From Pseudogymnoascus verrucosus (lineage: Eukaryota): 53,983 nucleotides of DNA. Location of the stretch: assembly GCA_001662655.1 (NCBI GenBank), contig KV460292.1; one strand, given 5' to 3'. The notes under the pieces were generated by a model. It was not told the DNA's origin. It did no database searches and was given only the letters and a program-made list of their open reading frames with translations. Position 1 is the first letter of the stretch. Every line of letters starts with the position of its first letter. Shown here in pieces: positions 1 to 11,215 of the stretch. A program made the translations under genes and the position numbers.

Positions 1-161
1 GCCTTGTTTAATTGCTTGCATAGCTAATAGTATTCTATCCTCTTGATTAGAGGATTTGGCTTGTGTTGGTCGTGGCATTGTTAACTATAGTCACATTGAC
101 GCGTTTTGGTGTTTTGGTGGGCCACTCGTTCGGGTGGGCCACTCGTACGGGAAATACGTTA
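1..161 (-). mobile_element. 5' end of a Fot1/Pot (pogo-family Tc1/mariner) DNA transposon, continuing beyond the left window edge
   Basis: The minus strand starts TA|ACGTATTTCCCGTACGAGTGGCCCACCCGAACGAGTGGCCCACC, a Fot1-type ACGT terminus with an internal direct repeat. An ATG at 78 then gives MPRPTQAKSSNQEDRILLAMQAIKQG, typical of the Fot1 transposase N-terminal HTH. Confidence 0.85.
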
Positions 162-1558
162 GAAATTAAAGCAAAGTTTAGTTAGAAGTATAACTATAAA
201 CATGTAAAATTTAAAGATCTAAAGATAATTTAAGAATAGTTCTCTCTTATATAAAATATAGTTATAAAATATAGAATCTTAGAGTAAGATATCTATAACT
301 TTAATAAAGTAGGTTTTATAATAGGAGTTATTACTACTATAAAGGTAGCTATAAGCTTAGAAGTAAAGAGCTGTCTAAAGACTATATAGCTAAGGAATAG
401 AGAGTAGGTATTAATTATCTAAGGTGTTAATTTATATAGATAGGCACTCCTACTATTTATTATTTTTAAGGTATAGAATTACCTCTCTACTTAGTATAAG
501 GACTTAGGATTACTAGATAATTAAGTAATTACATTAAGTAAGAATAGGTAGACTTTAAATTTAATTAAGTATAAGTAGATTTAACACTTTAATTAATATA
601 TAAGTACTTATATAATTAGAACTTATTACCTTCTTATTCTTAATAGGTATAAGAGTTACCTCTTTACTTAATTTTAATACTACTATATAGAATAGAAGAT
701 AATTACCCTCTATATACTACTATACTCCTTATATATTCTTTAACTACTTAACGTTAGCTACTTTACTCTACTAAAGCTTTTATATAGACGTTAGATTAAA
801 ACCTTTATATAGAATAGGCTAAACTATATTATAAAACTTAAGTTTCTCTCTATATTTAAAGAAGCATTTAAAGCTACATTTATAGAGTAAACATTAAGAG
901 TAGCTTTTAAGCTATAAGGCTAGTTTTATATAAGCTATAAAGTGTCCTCTCTTACTTAAATCTATAGTTAAGGACTCTAACTCCTCTTATAGTTAAGAGT
1001 AACAATTAGACTTTAAAGACTCTCTAAACTATAAGGGAGCTTAATTTTTAAATAGAGTATATTAAGAACTATATTATATAACATTAGAATAGCTCTCTTA
1101 CCTTAATTAATAATGCTATTAGCTGCCTTATTAAAGGAGCTTAAGTTATAATACATTCTACTATTCTACTTAAGGTAGAAGTTAAGGCTCTATAAGTAGT
1201 AAATAAATAGAAAAAGAGGAGGGAAAGGAAGAGTAAGAGGTGTATAATGTAAGGGGGTAGTCTCTCTATATAATAGGGAGAGGATATCCTTTAGACTAGT
1301 AAGGTTAATGCTTAAATCTATATAGAGGTAGTAAGTGAGACTACTTAGTAGGTAGGCTCTAAAGGCTAATAGAAGCGCTATAGCTAATGTAAGAAAATTA
1401 GACATAATACCTATATGTATAAGAGGTGCTAGGAATTAATTATAATTAATTAAGGGTTATTATATAGGGTAGTAGTGTAGTAGTAGTAGTAATAGTTAGA
1501 TTTTAGTGTTTTAGTAGGCAACTTACTTAGGTAGGCAACTTATATGTAAAATACATTA
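162..1558 (+). mobile_element. Heavily RIP-mutated, 5'-truncated Fot1/pogo transposon
   Basis: Reversing C->T/G->A changes gives DDE_1-like motifs (NFDExGFMMG...QPGNREWV, ~295-410) and a C-terminal zinc knuckle (CxxCxxxGHNxxTC, ~1380-1425). The right TIR is GTAGGCAACTTACTTAGGTAGGCAACTTATATGTAAAATACAT|TA at 1514-1558. TpA is strongly enriched. Confidence 0.8.
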
Positions 1559-3190
1559 TATATAACAAAGATATAACTTTATATAAATAGATTTAGACTA
1601 CTTCTACTATCTATATAGCTACTTACTATTAGCCTCCTAGATAAATAAAGGGCATTCTAGTCTTTATATAGTAACCTAACTAAAGGCTTATGTACTTTAA
1701 GGACAAAGTACCTTCTAAAGGTAAGGGGTAGTATAAGGATGCCTCCTTACTTAGGGTAGTTATAGCTATTATATAGTACTATTAAGACTTAGGGCTATTA
1801 TAGGTTAGTTATAACTAATAGCCTTAGGTATATAGTAAAAGGAAGCCTTAGGTATATAAGGAGTTAGCTAAGTTAGAGTAGTTCTAGGTATTTAAGGGAA
1901 TAGCTATAGAGGGTTATACTATTATCTTTTTTATATTCTTTATAGTAGACTTATAGGGTTACACTAACTTCTATCTAACTTATACTCCTATATATAGCTT
2001 CTTATAATATAGTACCCTATGTCCCTACATTACTAGTCTTAAATTATATGTCCCTATATCTAGATCTAACTTATTTCTAAGTAACTAAGTGCTAAAGTGT
2101 TACTACTTTCCTAGACTTTAAAAAGGAGAAATTAGGAAATAGTAAACTAGCATTAAGGGGCCTAAAGTTAAGTAGCATTAATAGATTAATACTACTAAAC
2201 TACTAATACTAGATTTTGTTAACTAATTACTATATTTAGTTCTATATTAGTAGGCTTTACTACTTTTACTACTATACTTTTTAGTTTTTATAACTTTATA
2301 AAAGTAGCTACCTATTTCTATAGTATCTAATACTATATTCTATTTCTAGTTTCTAGATCCTAGACTATTAGGTATCCTTAGTAAGTTTCTAATTCTAGGA
2401 GTTAGCTTTCTATTTATATAAAGCTATAGATATTATATTAGTGTTAGTATATAGCCTACCCTTAGTTTAGTGTCTATATACACCTACTCCTTCTCTTCCC
2501 TTTATTCCCCTATCTTCCCTTTTATCTTCCTACTATTTTCCTTTACATCTTACCTCTTATATTTCCCTTGTTCTTATTTTGCTTTTTATATATTACTTCT
2601 TTAGCTATCTCTTAATCTTTAAAGAGAGTAGTAGTTATAAAGCTCTTAAAGGATAAACTACTAGTAGATATTAAGTAGCTAGGATTAATAAAGAAACGTC
2701 TACTAAAAGTTGCCCTTATAATAAAGAGAGGATATATTTCTATCCTCTTACTTTAGTAAGACTTTATATTATATATTAACTAGCTAGTGTTAATCCTAAG
2801 TAGAGGTTGCTTAAGGGGCTTCTTTAAGATGTTAGTAATTAAGCATAAAGGGGTGTTAGGCTAGTATGTGTTTAACTAAAATATTCTTTCTCCTAATCTC
2901 GTATAGGTAATTGTTAATAGCTATATAGGAAAGTAATCTAAAGTTATGCCTAATAGATAATTATATATAACATTAGCATGTCTTTTATAGATTCGTTTTA
3001 CTATATAGAAACCTTTTTTAGCTAGTTAGCTAGCTATAATTAGGTTAAGAGAATATCATTAGAATTAAATAAGGAAAGACAATAAGCTTATATAGTAATA
3101 TCTCCTTAAGCTTAGACGTACAAATAGGTTGGATAATTAACTACATTTGTTTAACAAAACTTTGTTTTAACAGTGCTATAACATACTATG
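1559..3190. repeat. AT-rich RIP-degraded repeat block
   Basis: CpA/TpG are depleted and TpA is in excess, with no credible ORF. The block contains RIPed copies of repeats found elsewhere in the window. Confidence 0.75.
2030..2250 (+). repeat. Dispersed ~210-bp module, copy 1 (RIP-mutated)
   Basis: TTTCTAAGTAACTAAGTGCTAAAGTGTTACTACTTTCC...AGATTAATACTACTAAACTACTAATAC matches copies 2-5 once C->T/G->A changes are allowed. Confidence 0.8.
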
Positions 3191-3205
3191 AAATGCACCT
3201 CGTGA

Positions 3206-4164
3206 TTAAAGCTTCTTAACGCAATATCCAACAACATGTGGCAATACAGACCATTCGTCAAACAACTCCAAGTTCACCTCAGCCCATCCATGATCTGATT
3301 TCGCAGCGTTCACTAGTGTTGCTGTTGTATCTCTCAGAAGGTGACACCCAACAAAAAACTCCCAACCAAGCGCAGTGTAAAAGAACTGTAACAGATGTCC
3401 CACTTTGCTGCCCTCTTTGTGGAAGAATCTCCCCGCCTTGTTTCCTTCTTTGTTGCTCTCATTCACGACATGTTCACATATGACGAACCTTCCTCCAGGT
3501 TTCAAGCACCTGTATAGGACCTCGACGGTCTCATTTGGCTTCGGCACGCTGCAGAGAACGCGGATACAGACAATCTCATCAAACATACCACCACCGATGC
3601 TGCCGTCCTTGCTAAATAGACCCTCTTTTTTGAGTATTGGGATTAATGAGTCTGGCTCTGCACCACATGATAGGACCTTATACTTCTCACCTAGTCCAGC
3701 CTTCTTTGCGTTCTCCCGCAGAGCGTGATGTAAGTTAACGCCAGGTTCAACACCATAGATCATGGTAATGTTGTCCTTGCTTGAGAAGCGAAATACCTGA
3801 TCGCCAGAACCGGGACCGATGTCCAAGACGACGCCGTGAGAGGTTGCAAGAATTTCACCTAACATCGGTGGAACCACATCTGCAAATACCGGACCGACTG
3901 CAATCCAGAATGAGGCGAAGGAAAGGTCGCGGTACGCTTTGAAGTCTGAAATTGGTAGTGTTGGTGAGGTAATGGCAGCTTGCAGGAAATCTGTGTTATG
4001 TGAGCGCATGCTTATACAAGTGGGAGAAATCTAATCTAGGCCTAGACCGTGTAGGAAATCTTTTAGCTACAAAAGAAATCCAGAGACTTACAAACTGCAC
4101 TTTTAACCATGAGGAGGCCGGGGAGAATATATGCATGCAAATATTCTAGGACGGTTGGCGCCAT
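3206..4164 (-). CDS. Class I SAM-dependent methyltransferase (METTL7/Methyltransf_11-like); exons 4164-4092 and 3990-3206
   Basis: Motifs VLDIGPGSG, GVEP, FDEIVCIRVLCSV and LKPGGRFVICEH. A GTAAGT...CTCAC...CAG intron joins an upstream exon MAPTVLEYLHAYILPGLLMVKSAV in frame. Confidence 0.88.
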
Positions 4165-4418
4165 TGCTGCTTAATATCGAAATTAAGATGTCTCTAGAGC
4201 CCGCAGGTTAGTATTCTCCAATTATAACCCGGAGTTATACAAGTTGAATATAGAGTACTCACTCTAACTGAGTATAATTGATTAAAGTATACAGTTGAAA
4301 AGGACGGGGTTGAATGGAGACAGTTAAGTTCTCTCGAATATACAATTACGACATCATCCGCGTGACCTTGTTCGGCCGCCTAGTATGACGACCTTCCCTA
4401 TCCAAAACGTCATTTCAC

Positions 4419-4717
4419 TGTAGAATAACCGTTTCACAATCCGAATTCCACACGGTCAATAGTCCCTCCGAGAACCGTCCACGACGAAGCGACCGCACCA
4501 GGACGCAGCCAGGAAGGACGCGCAACAGGGATTCATTCAGTAGCCATGTAGTCAGACAGAAATACAGTATATATCTTTCTCGATACCCCGTTACCGCTAC
4601 GACGGCTGCATACTTTTCGAACCTGAGCTTATATCACGTTGCGAGGTTGGATTTAATGAAACCTCTCTAATTCTCGTTTTAGACGGGGCCGATAGTCCCG
4701 TGACCTGGTTTACAACA
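4419..4717. mobile_element. Possible solo LTR
   Basis: A ~300-bp non-coding segment bounded by TGTAG...CAACA with an internal TATA-like tract. No target-site duplication was found. Confidence 0.3.
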
Positions 4718-4827
4718 ACTTCGATTCAGCGGCTTGTCACGCGATTAGTTCGTCCAACTGGTCTTTGGGCGGGGTCGGGTCAGTAATGCGGGGGCATTGG
4801 CGCTAATGCACCCCCAACCTTTGGGCA

Positions 4828-5068
4828 GGACCCGGATGCTCCGAACCAATTATTAGGCTCGAATCACACATCCCATGCCGACATCCAACTCTTTTCCAGG
4901 CAACCGAGCGCTAAAATGTTGCTGCTTTCCCAGGATTTAGGAATGGGGAATCGGGAAATGGTAAACTGGCATTAGAGGGCCCTCTACATGAGTTGGAATC
5001 GATGGATTAATACCACTAAACCACTGATGCTTTTCATTGTTGACCAATCGCGTATTGCCACATATGAT
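4828..5068 (+). repeat. Dispersed ~210-bp module, copy 2
   Basis: GGACCCGGATGCTCCGAACC...CCAGGCAACCGAGCGCTAAAATG...AGAGGGCCCTCT...GGATTAATACCACTAAACCACTGATGC, closely similar to 34811-35054. Confidence 0.9.
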
Positions 5069-5425
5069 GGTTTTGGGCTCCCGGCTGCTCGGCCCGCTGC
5101 TGCTTTTGCGATGCGCCACTTTCAAAAGCAGCTCCCCTTGATGTTAGTCGAGCATGCATGAGGTTGGCAGTGCTAGGAGGGTTCTGCCCCTCCTCGATAG
5201 CTGAGGGGCTGTTTGGGTCTTCCTTCGCTTAGCTCAGCTTGACAACTCCGGCATAGCCGCTAAGCAGTGGCTGGAGTCGAGAATGAATAAATCAAGCAAT
5301 CAATCCTTTGGATAGTTACAAAGGTTGTACAGTACATATCTCGGCCCGACGGTAATCCCGCAACCCGCTTCATCAATAAAACGTATGTCTGTTTGGTAAT
5401 CTACCTTGGTGAAGCGTGAGTCGAT

Positions 5426-6801
5426 ATGAACGCTCCTAACTCAGGCAATGAGACCGTCGCGATTGTCGGTTCGGGGTTGACCGGTCTGCTCGCCGCGCAG
5501 GGACTGAAGCTGGTGAGGGCTGGGCAGCAATCCAGTCGTTGATGCATCTTGCTAACGCGACCAGAATGGAATTACTGCAGTCGTTTTCGAGCGAGAAGAG
5601 AGTCTCGATGCACGATCTCGTGAATGGACGATACTGGTTCACTGGGCGATGCCCATCTTTGCGAAGCTGGTCCCGAAACACATTCTTGCGAATCTGAGCG
5701 AGGCTCTCTGCAATCCTCATTTAGACTTTAACGATGAAGTGGAGAGCTTGCCATGCTACAATGGCATTACAGGTGATCTACTCTTTAGTAGTTCTACACC
5801 AGGCGCCAGGCGGGTTAACCGGCGGCAGCTACGTAGGCTACTTGCACAGGGCATCGATATCAGATGGAATAAGTCGGTGAGAGAGCTATTGCAGACTGGT
5901 AGTGGCGTAAGACTTGAGTTTGAGGACGGAGGAACGTTTGATGCTGACCATATTCTTGGAGCTGATGGCTCCTCATCCAAAGTACGCGAAATGCTGTTAG
6001 GCGTCGAGCAAGCCCAGCCTCGTCAGTCTGGGTTTCTCTTTGCTACTGGAGTCACAAAGTTTGGTGACGCCGACAAGACTAATGCAGTCGTACAAGCACA
6101 TCCTGTGGCAGCGCTCATGATGGGAGCAAGCACCGTTGGTGCTGTTGGCGGTATGTTAACTCCAACCCTCAAACATATAGTTGATTGATGCGTCTCACAC
6201 ATACTTGGTGGCGCTCCATAGTCATGTCAGTCGACGACCCCAATGACACATCCACCTGGACTACCTTTTGGGTCAAGATATGGCATGGAGATCCCGTGGA
6301 TCTCAAGGGTCAAGAGGCTCTTAACTACATCAAAGAGAATACGGCTCCGTTGCGTGGGATATTCCAGTCCGCTATCGATTGGACGCCGGATGGAAGCTAT
6401 GTTAGCATAAACGAGATGAAATACTGGGTTCCGACGCCCTGGAACAACTACGGAGGACGGGTAACGCTTGCCGGAGACGCCGCTCATCCCATGCTGGTTT
6501 GTAAGTACAGTGATCTCACGCATTATATATGGGGTTATCTAACCTCTATGAAGACAGGGGCCAAGGATTTCAGCACTCCATCACCGACGTTGACAACTAC
6601 GTGAATGCATTAATCCAGGTGCGCTCATCTAGTAGCGATGCTACATCGAGGGAGATGATTATCGGGGCGTACGATAGCGAAATGGTCGAGAGAGGCGCCA
6701 CGGCGGTGCAGCAATCCCTCATCGAGGCGGAGAATTCACTCGACTTGGAAAAGGTTAAGAAAATGCTTATGATGAGGCAGGGACATAGCAAGAGTGCATG
6801 A
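5426..6801 (+). CDS. FAD-dependent monooxygenase (aromatic-ring hydroxylase group, CTB7-like), about 3 introns
   Basis: N-terminal VAIVGSGLTG (GxGxxG), ILGADG and VTLAGDAAHPM...RGQG motifs spread across exons with canonical splice sites. Confidence 0.88.
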
Positions 6802-7168
6802 GGGGGTATCCTGTAGTTCGAAGTTTTAGATCACGTGACTTTTAGATTGGGTGTGTGTAATTCCGGCCCTAGGAATCAGGCCCTTAAGGCACCAACTTCG
6901 TGAAACCTTATGCGTACGGGCATGGTTTCGTACGGTAGAATAGCTTACGGGCGACGGCATAAGGAAAGGCCGTAGCCCCAAAGAATTCCACAAGTTTGGT
7001 TCACGCTCGGAAATCACATGTGATGACCGTCTCCCCTTCATGTATAGTCTATACTATACTATATTACAAAATACCGACCCCCTGCAGGATTGATTGGCTA
7101 CAAAATAGCGAAATTCATGATTGGCTAACTTAGCGAGGCTGATAACGATAACGCCCCTTCAAAGCTCT

Positions 7169-7471
7169 ACACGCTATTTTGACCGCTAGACGCTACATTA
7201 ACACGCTACTTATGATCGCTAGACGCCACATTAGCACGCTACATATGATCGCTAGACGCTACATGTAACACACTAAAAACGTCGTTTTCCAGTGATAATA
7301 GTACTAAAATATCACCTAAACAGCCCCCTAAACACCCTATAGAACTCTGAATTTCCACTCCTTATTTCCACCGCTACGGCCACTTTCCAGCCACTTTCCA
7401 CCGCTACGGCTACTTTTTACCGCTCGCTGGCGCCGAAGGTGCCGGCGTAAAACGGCGCCTACGGCGCCGTT
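7169..7471. repeat. Three tandem ~33-bp repeats followed by short TTTCCACCGCTACGGC repeats and two GC hairpins
   Basis: ACACGCTAyTTrTGAyCGCTAGACGCyACATTA-like units start at 7169, 7201 and 7234. The hairpin AACGGCGCC-TAC-GGCGCCGTT lies at 7451-7471. Confidence 0.75.
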
Positions 7472-7993
7472 CGAGTTTACTCGTTTTTCTCAAGTAGAAA
7501 TGTTGAGGTGATTTAATTCATCACTTTTGTAATTACATCCTGAACTAACAAACATTTCAGCCACGATATCGCGTTTGTGGTTCATATGCGAGTATCTCTT
7601 TTAGATGTTTTCACAATCACAGTGGATGCGGATAAATATAGGAGGGGCCGTGGTTGGAGAGATAAACTCGTATACCAGGGATGCGCTGGGGATGGGAATT
7701 GCATAACGCCTGTCGAGCAGGTTGGCACAGCTTTGCTAGGACGGATTTGCTGGGATGCTGATGGTTGGTGATGGAGGAGTGCAGGGGTCGGGGAGTCCGG
7801 AAGACACCCCGCCTACAGAGCCTCGCTAGCTGTGGGCCAGATCGCGGGATCTGACAACTTTTGTTCCCAAACACATCTCGATGCTCTTGACACCTCTTTC
7901 TGATAAAATCTGCACCGCTGCGGATGCACTTCTTGGTACAACACCCGCTCATTGATACCATAGTAAATTAGACCAACCTTAATCCTGTCGCTC

Positions 7994-9288
7994 ATGATGA
8001 CTTCACTAGCCGGTGACCTAGCCAGCTGCCATGACGACGATGGTGCCTGCGATGAGGCGAAGTCGGCAACGCCCCTAAGCCCCGTAACAACGCTGGCAAC
8101 AGAGGCGCCAGCAATTGAGGCAGCAAGTGAAAGTGGCGGCGACGACGAATTTGATGCTATCAGTGAATTGTTTGACGACACGACGAGTGTCACTTCGAGC
8201 ATTTATGCGCACACATATGAGCGTGGCCGCCGCTATCAGTCCTTCAAGAATGGTCGCTACCCTATCCCCAATGACGACTTCGAACAGAATAGAGAGGACA
8301 TGAAGCACGCAATGCTAATGGAGCTAACGGATGGGAAGCTATTCTACGCACCCATAGGCGAAAATCCACAGAAAATCCTTGATATAGGCACTGGGACTGG
8401 TGAGTCTTGGATATTGATTAGTGAGTAGCTGACTGAACGCAACAAAAATAGGAATCTGGGCAATTGAAGGTTAATACACACTAGTCCAATTGTTTATTGG
8501 TTTATAGAATGCAATTGACCCTTTTCAATTAGTTGGCGATTTGTACCCCAGCGCTCATATCTTAGGCATAGACCTAACGCCAATCCAACCACTATGGGTT
8601 CCCCCGAATGTCGAATTTGTAGTCGATGACTGCGAAAAGGATTGGCTGACGGGCGATGTCGACCTTGCTCATTTCCGGTTCATGGCTATGATTTTAAGAG
8701 ATATACCTGGTGTTCTAGGACATGCCTACAAGTGAGTAACGCAAACTCTACCTCGGTGCCTCTCCTTGCCTTCATCTCCGGCTTTGTTTCTTCTCCTTCT
8801 GACGTTTGTTGCTCTATGCCAGGAGCCTTCGCCCTGGTGGATGGATCGAGCTCCAAGAACTACACGGTCACCCCTGCTGCGATGACGGCACAATGGGCCG
8901 TGATGATCAATTTAAGCAGTTATACGATTTGGCAGGCCAGGCTTACCAGAAATTTGGTATGAGCACTGCACTACCAGCGCAGCTTAAACCTTTGCTCCTC
9001 GATGCCGGATTCCAAAATATTCACTGCAAAATAATGAAAGTTCCTATTGGAACATGGGCGAAAGACAAGACCATGAGATTAATCGGCCTTTATCAGAAGA
9101 CAGTTGTTGGCGATTTTATACCGACTCTAGCTGGGCGCCCATTTGAGGCCTTAGGTATGTCACAGGTAGAGGCACAAGTAACACTTGCCTTTGCTCGAAA
9201 GGCTCTGGATGATGCAAACGTCCATCGGTACTTTAACTATTACTTTTGGTATGCGCAGAAACCAGTGCTAGGCAGGACTACAGTTTAG
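7994..9288 (+). CDS. LaeA-like/TAM-domain SAM methyltransferase (Methyltransf_23), 3 introns
   Basis: Motifs YERGRRY, YPIPND, ILDIGTGTG(IW), GIDLTPIQP, PPNVEFVVDD, LRPGGWIELQE and KVPIGTW. Confidence 0.92.
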
Positions 9289-9649
9289 TTTAGACAGTTG
9301 GTTTAACAAGTTCGCCAAAACTGCAGTTCAAACAGCCAGTTTTCTTTCATTCACAGTATAGGTCCATTTATGCACCTGTTAGAGCAGCTTTTGGTGGCTC
9401 AACTTGCCCTAGGCAATCTCAAATGCCGCCATTGAAAGTTAAGACGCGGGAGAGTGTGGCGTGACAACGCCAATAAATGTCGAGATAGTTGGATGTAACA
9501 TCAGGTGTCATTTCTCTGCCGCTTATCATTGATAGGTGCGAGAATATTCATTGTCTGCTTTCTTTTTCAGAAGCTTGAAGAAAGTTGCCCCATTACTTGT
9601 CAATGTATCTTTTTTGACCGGCTTCTTCGGGCTACTTTTCGCCAAGTCC

Positions 9650-10430
9650 TAATTATACGGTCCTGCCGCCCAACAGCGAAGCGAGTACGGGCGAGAAGCC
9701 GTCGTCCATGACGGAGAAGCGTTAGATACCGTCGTGATGGTGGTACTGGTGCGAGAGCCACCTCGGTCAGGTCGGCATATTGGTCTCTGATGGCGACGCA
9801 GATGGTGAGACATTCCTCTTTGTCGTCGGCATTGTAATGGGCTATGAGCGGAGCTGCCGGGTATATAGAAGTGCGTGTTGGAATCGTCGACGATGGGATG
9901 TTGGCACAGATTAAATGCGGGATTTATCCCCGGATAGATTCGGTGTCGCCGCAACTACCGTCGACTTCGACTCCAGCGACGTCCTCGCCGATGGCACTCC
10001 CAGTTCCTGTATCCCAGCCTTGCCCAACTTCATCAGCGGATCCGGCTCCCAATCCTCCACGATACTTATTTTTGAATCTGTAAGAGATTGCTGGTCCTGC
10101 TTCGTCGGAAGATCCTCCCATAGCGTCTCATCAAAGAACACGAAATTCTCAACCACTAGCATGGCCACGGTCAGAATCAGCTTCCGCCAGTGCAGCTTGC
10201 TTAGCAAGGCGGAGAATCCTAGTTGCGTCATGTATATGCAAATAGTCGGTATACGAGTCTCGTATCCCTTAAGTTGCTCTTCGAGAATGTCGTGTTCGGG
10301 AAGTTTAAGAGAAGGAGTTACAGGATGGAGTTATAGACTGGAGTTATAGAACGGAGCTATGTAATGGAACTATAGAATGGAATTATAGATTAGAATACTG
10401 AAGTAGGTACCCCCTCACTTACCTTCATTG
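9650..10430 (-). pseudogene. Hypothetical gene or decayed gene
   Basis: A protein-like stretch (LKLPEHDILEEQLKGYETRIPTICIYMTQLG...LILTVAMLVVENFVFFDETLW) follows an intron-like GTAAGT and then meets stops. No family was recognised. Confidence 0.35.
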
Positions 10431-11215
10431 TAACGACGGTGCTACATCTAATAGCCGGACCACAATACATCGATTAAGGCGCAGCAGCATCCAGGCGTCC
10501 CTTCTCCACTCATTCCCCCTTTCTCTTCCGTTCCGCGGCCTGTACCGTGCTTCTCTCGTATATGCATCCCTCCAAATCCAGCGATCATTACCCCCTACGA
10601 TACGACGGTCTGTAGTGTGGCATGTCTGTTACCAAGAAAAGCTTATATAACCCTGCGCGCCCCATTTTAAAGACTTGGCAACTACAACAATCCACCCTAC
10701 CTACTGGCTGCTGGCCAAGCTTTTTTTAGTGTGACCTCACAGTGAGATTACTCGTTGTTTCCACGTGAAGAGATGTTTCTAAACATCTCTCATAGAACCT
10801 CCCAGTAGTGTCGCATTCTCCAACGAACACAACGCGATGCCTGTGTTTTATGTTTTTATGTTTGTATAAAGATCTCTGTACAATGCGTACGTATGTGTTC
10901 CTGCCCAGCCACGAGATCTGCCTGCTCTCTGCCCGCTCGTGAGCTGGCCGGCCATCCCACGAACGGGCCGGCCGGAAGCATATGAAACCAAAGGCGCTAG
11001 TCCTGAAACAGCCCGATCTGAGATCGTGCCCTGCAAGAAGTTATTCCCTACTTGATCGAGCGTCCCGTCTCATTACAGCCTAGCTGAGGAACTATGGTTA
11101 TGTCAAACAGGGCGTGAAATGTTTATTTGTTAGCCGGCTCCATATTCGAGGCAGGCCCTGCTTGCTTTCTGTCGTTGTCACTACACTGTACATTCTCAAT
11201 CCCCTACATACCATC

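Noticed and set aside
1190..1405. 71-aa hydrophobic ORF
   Set aside because: It is an antisense artefact of the RIP-mutated Fot1 transposase.
4937..5125. ORF sharing KHQW with the ORF at 40375-40707, suggesting a peptide encoded by the dispersed module
   Set aside because: The frame is broken by indels and stops in other copies; the similarity only reflects DNA homology.
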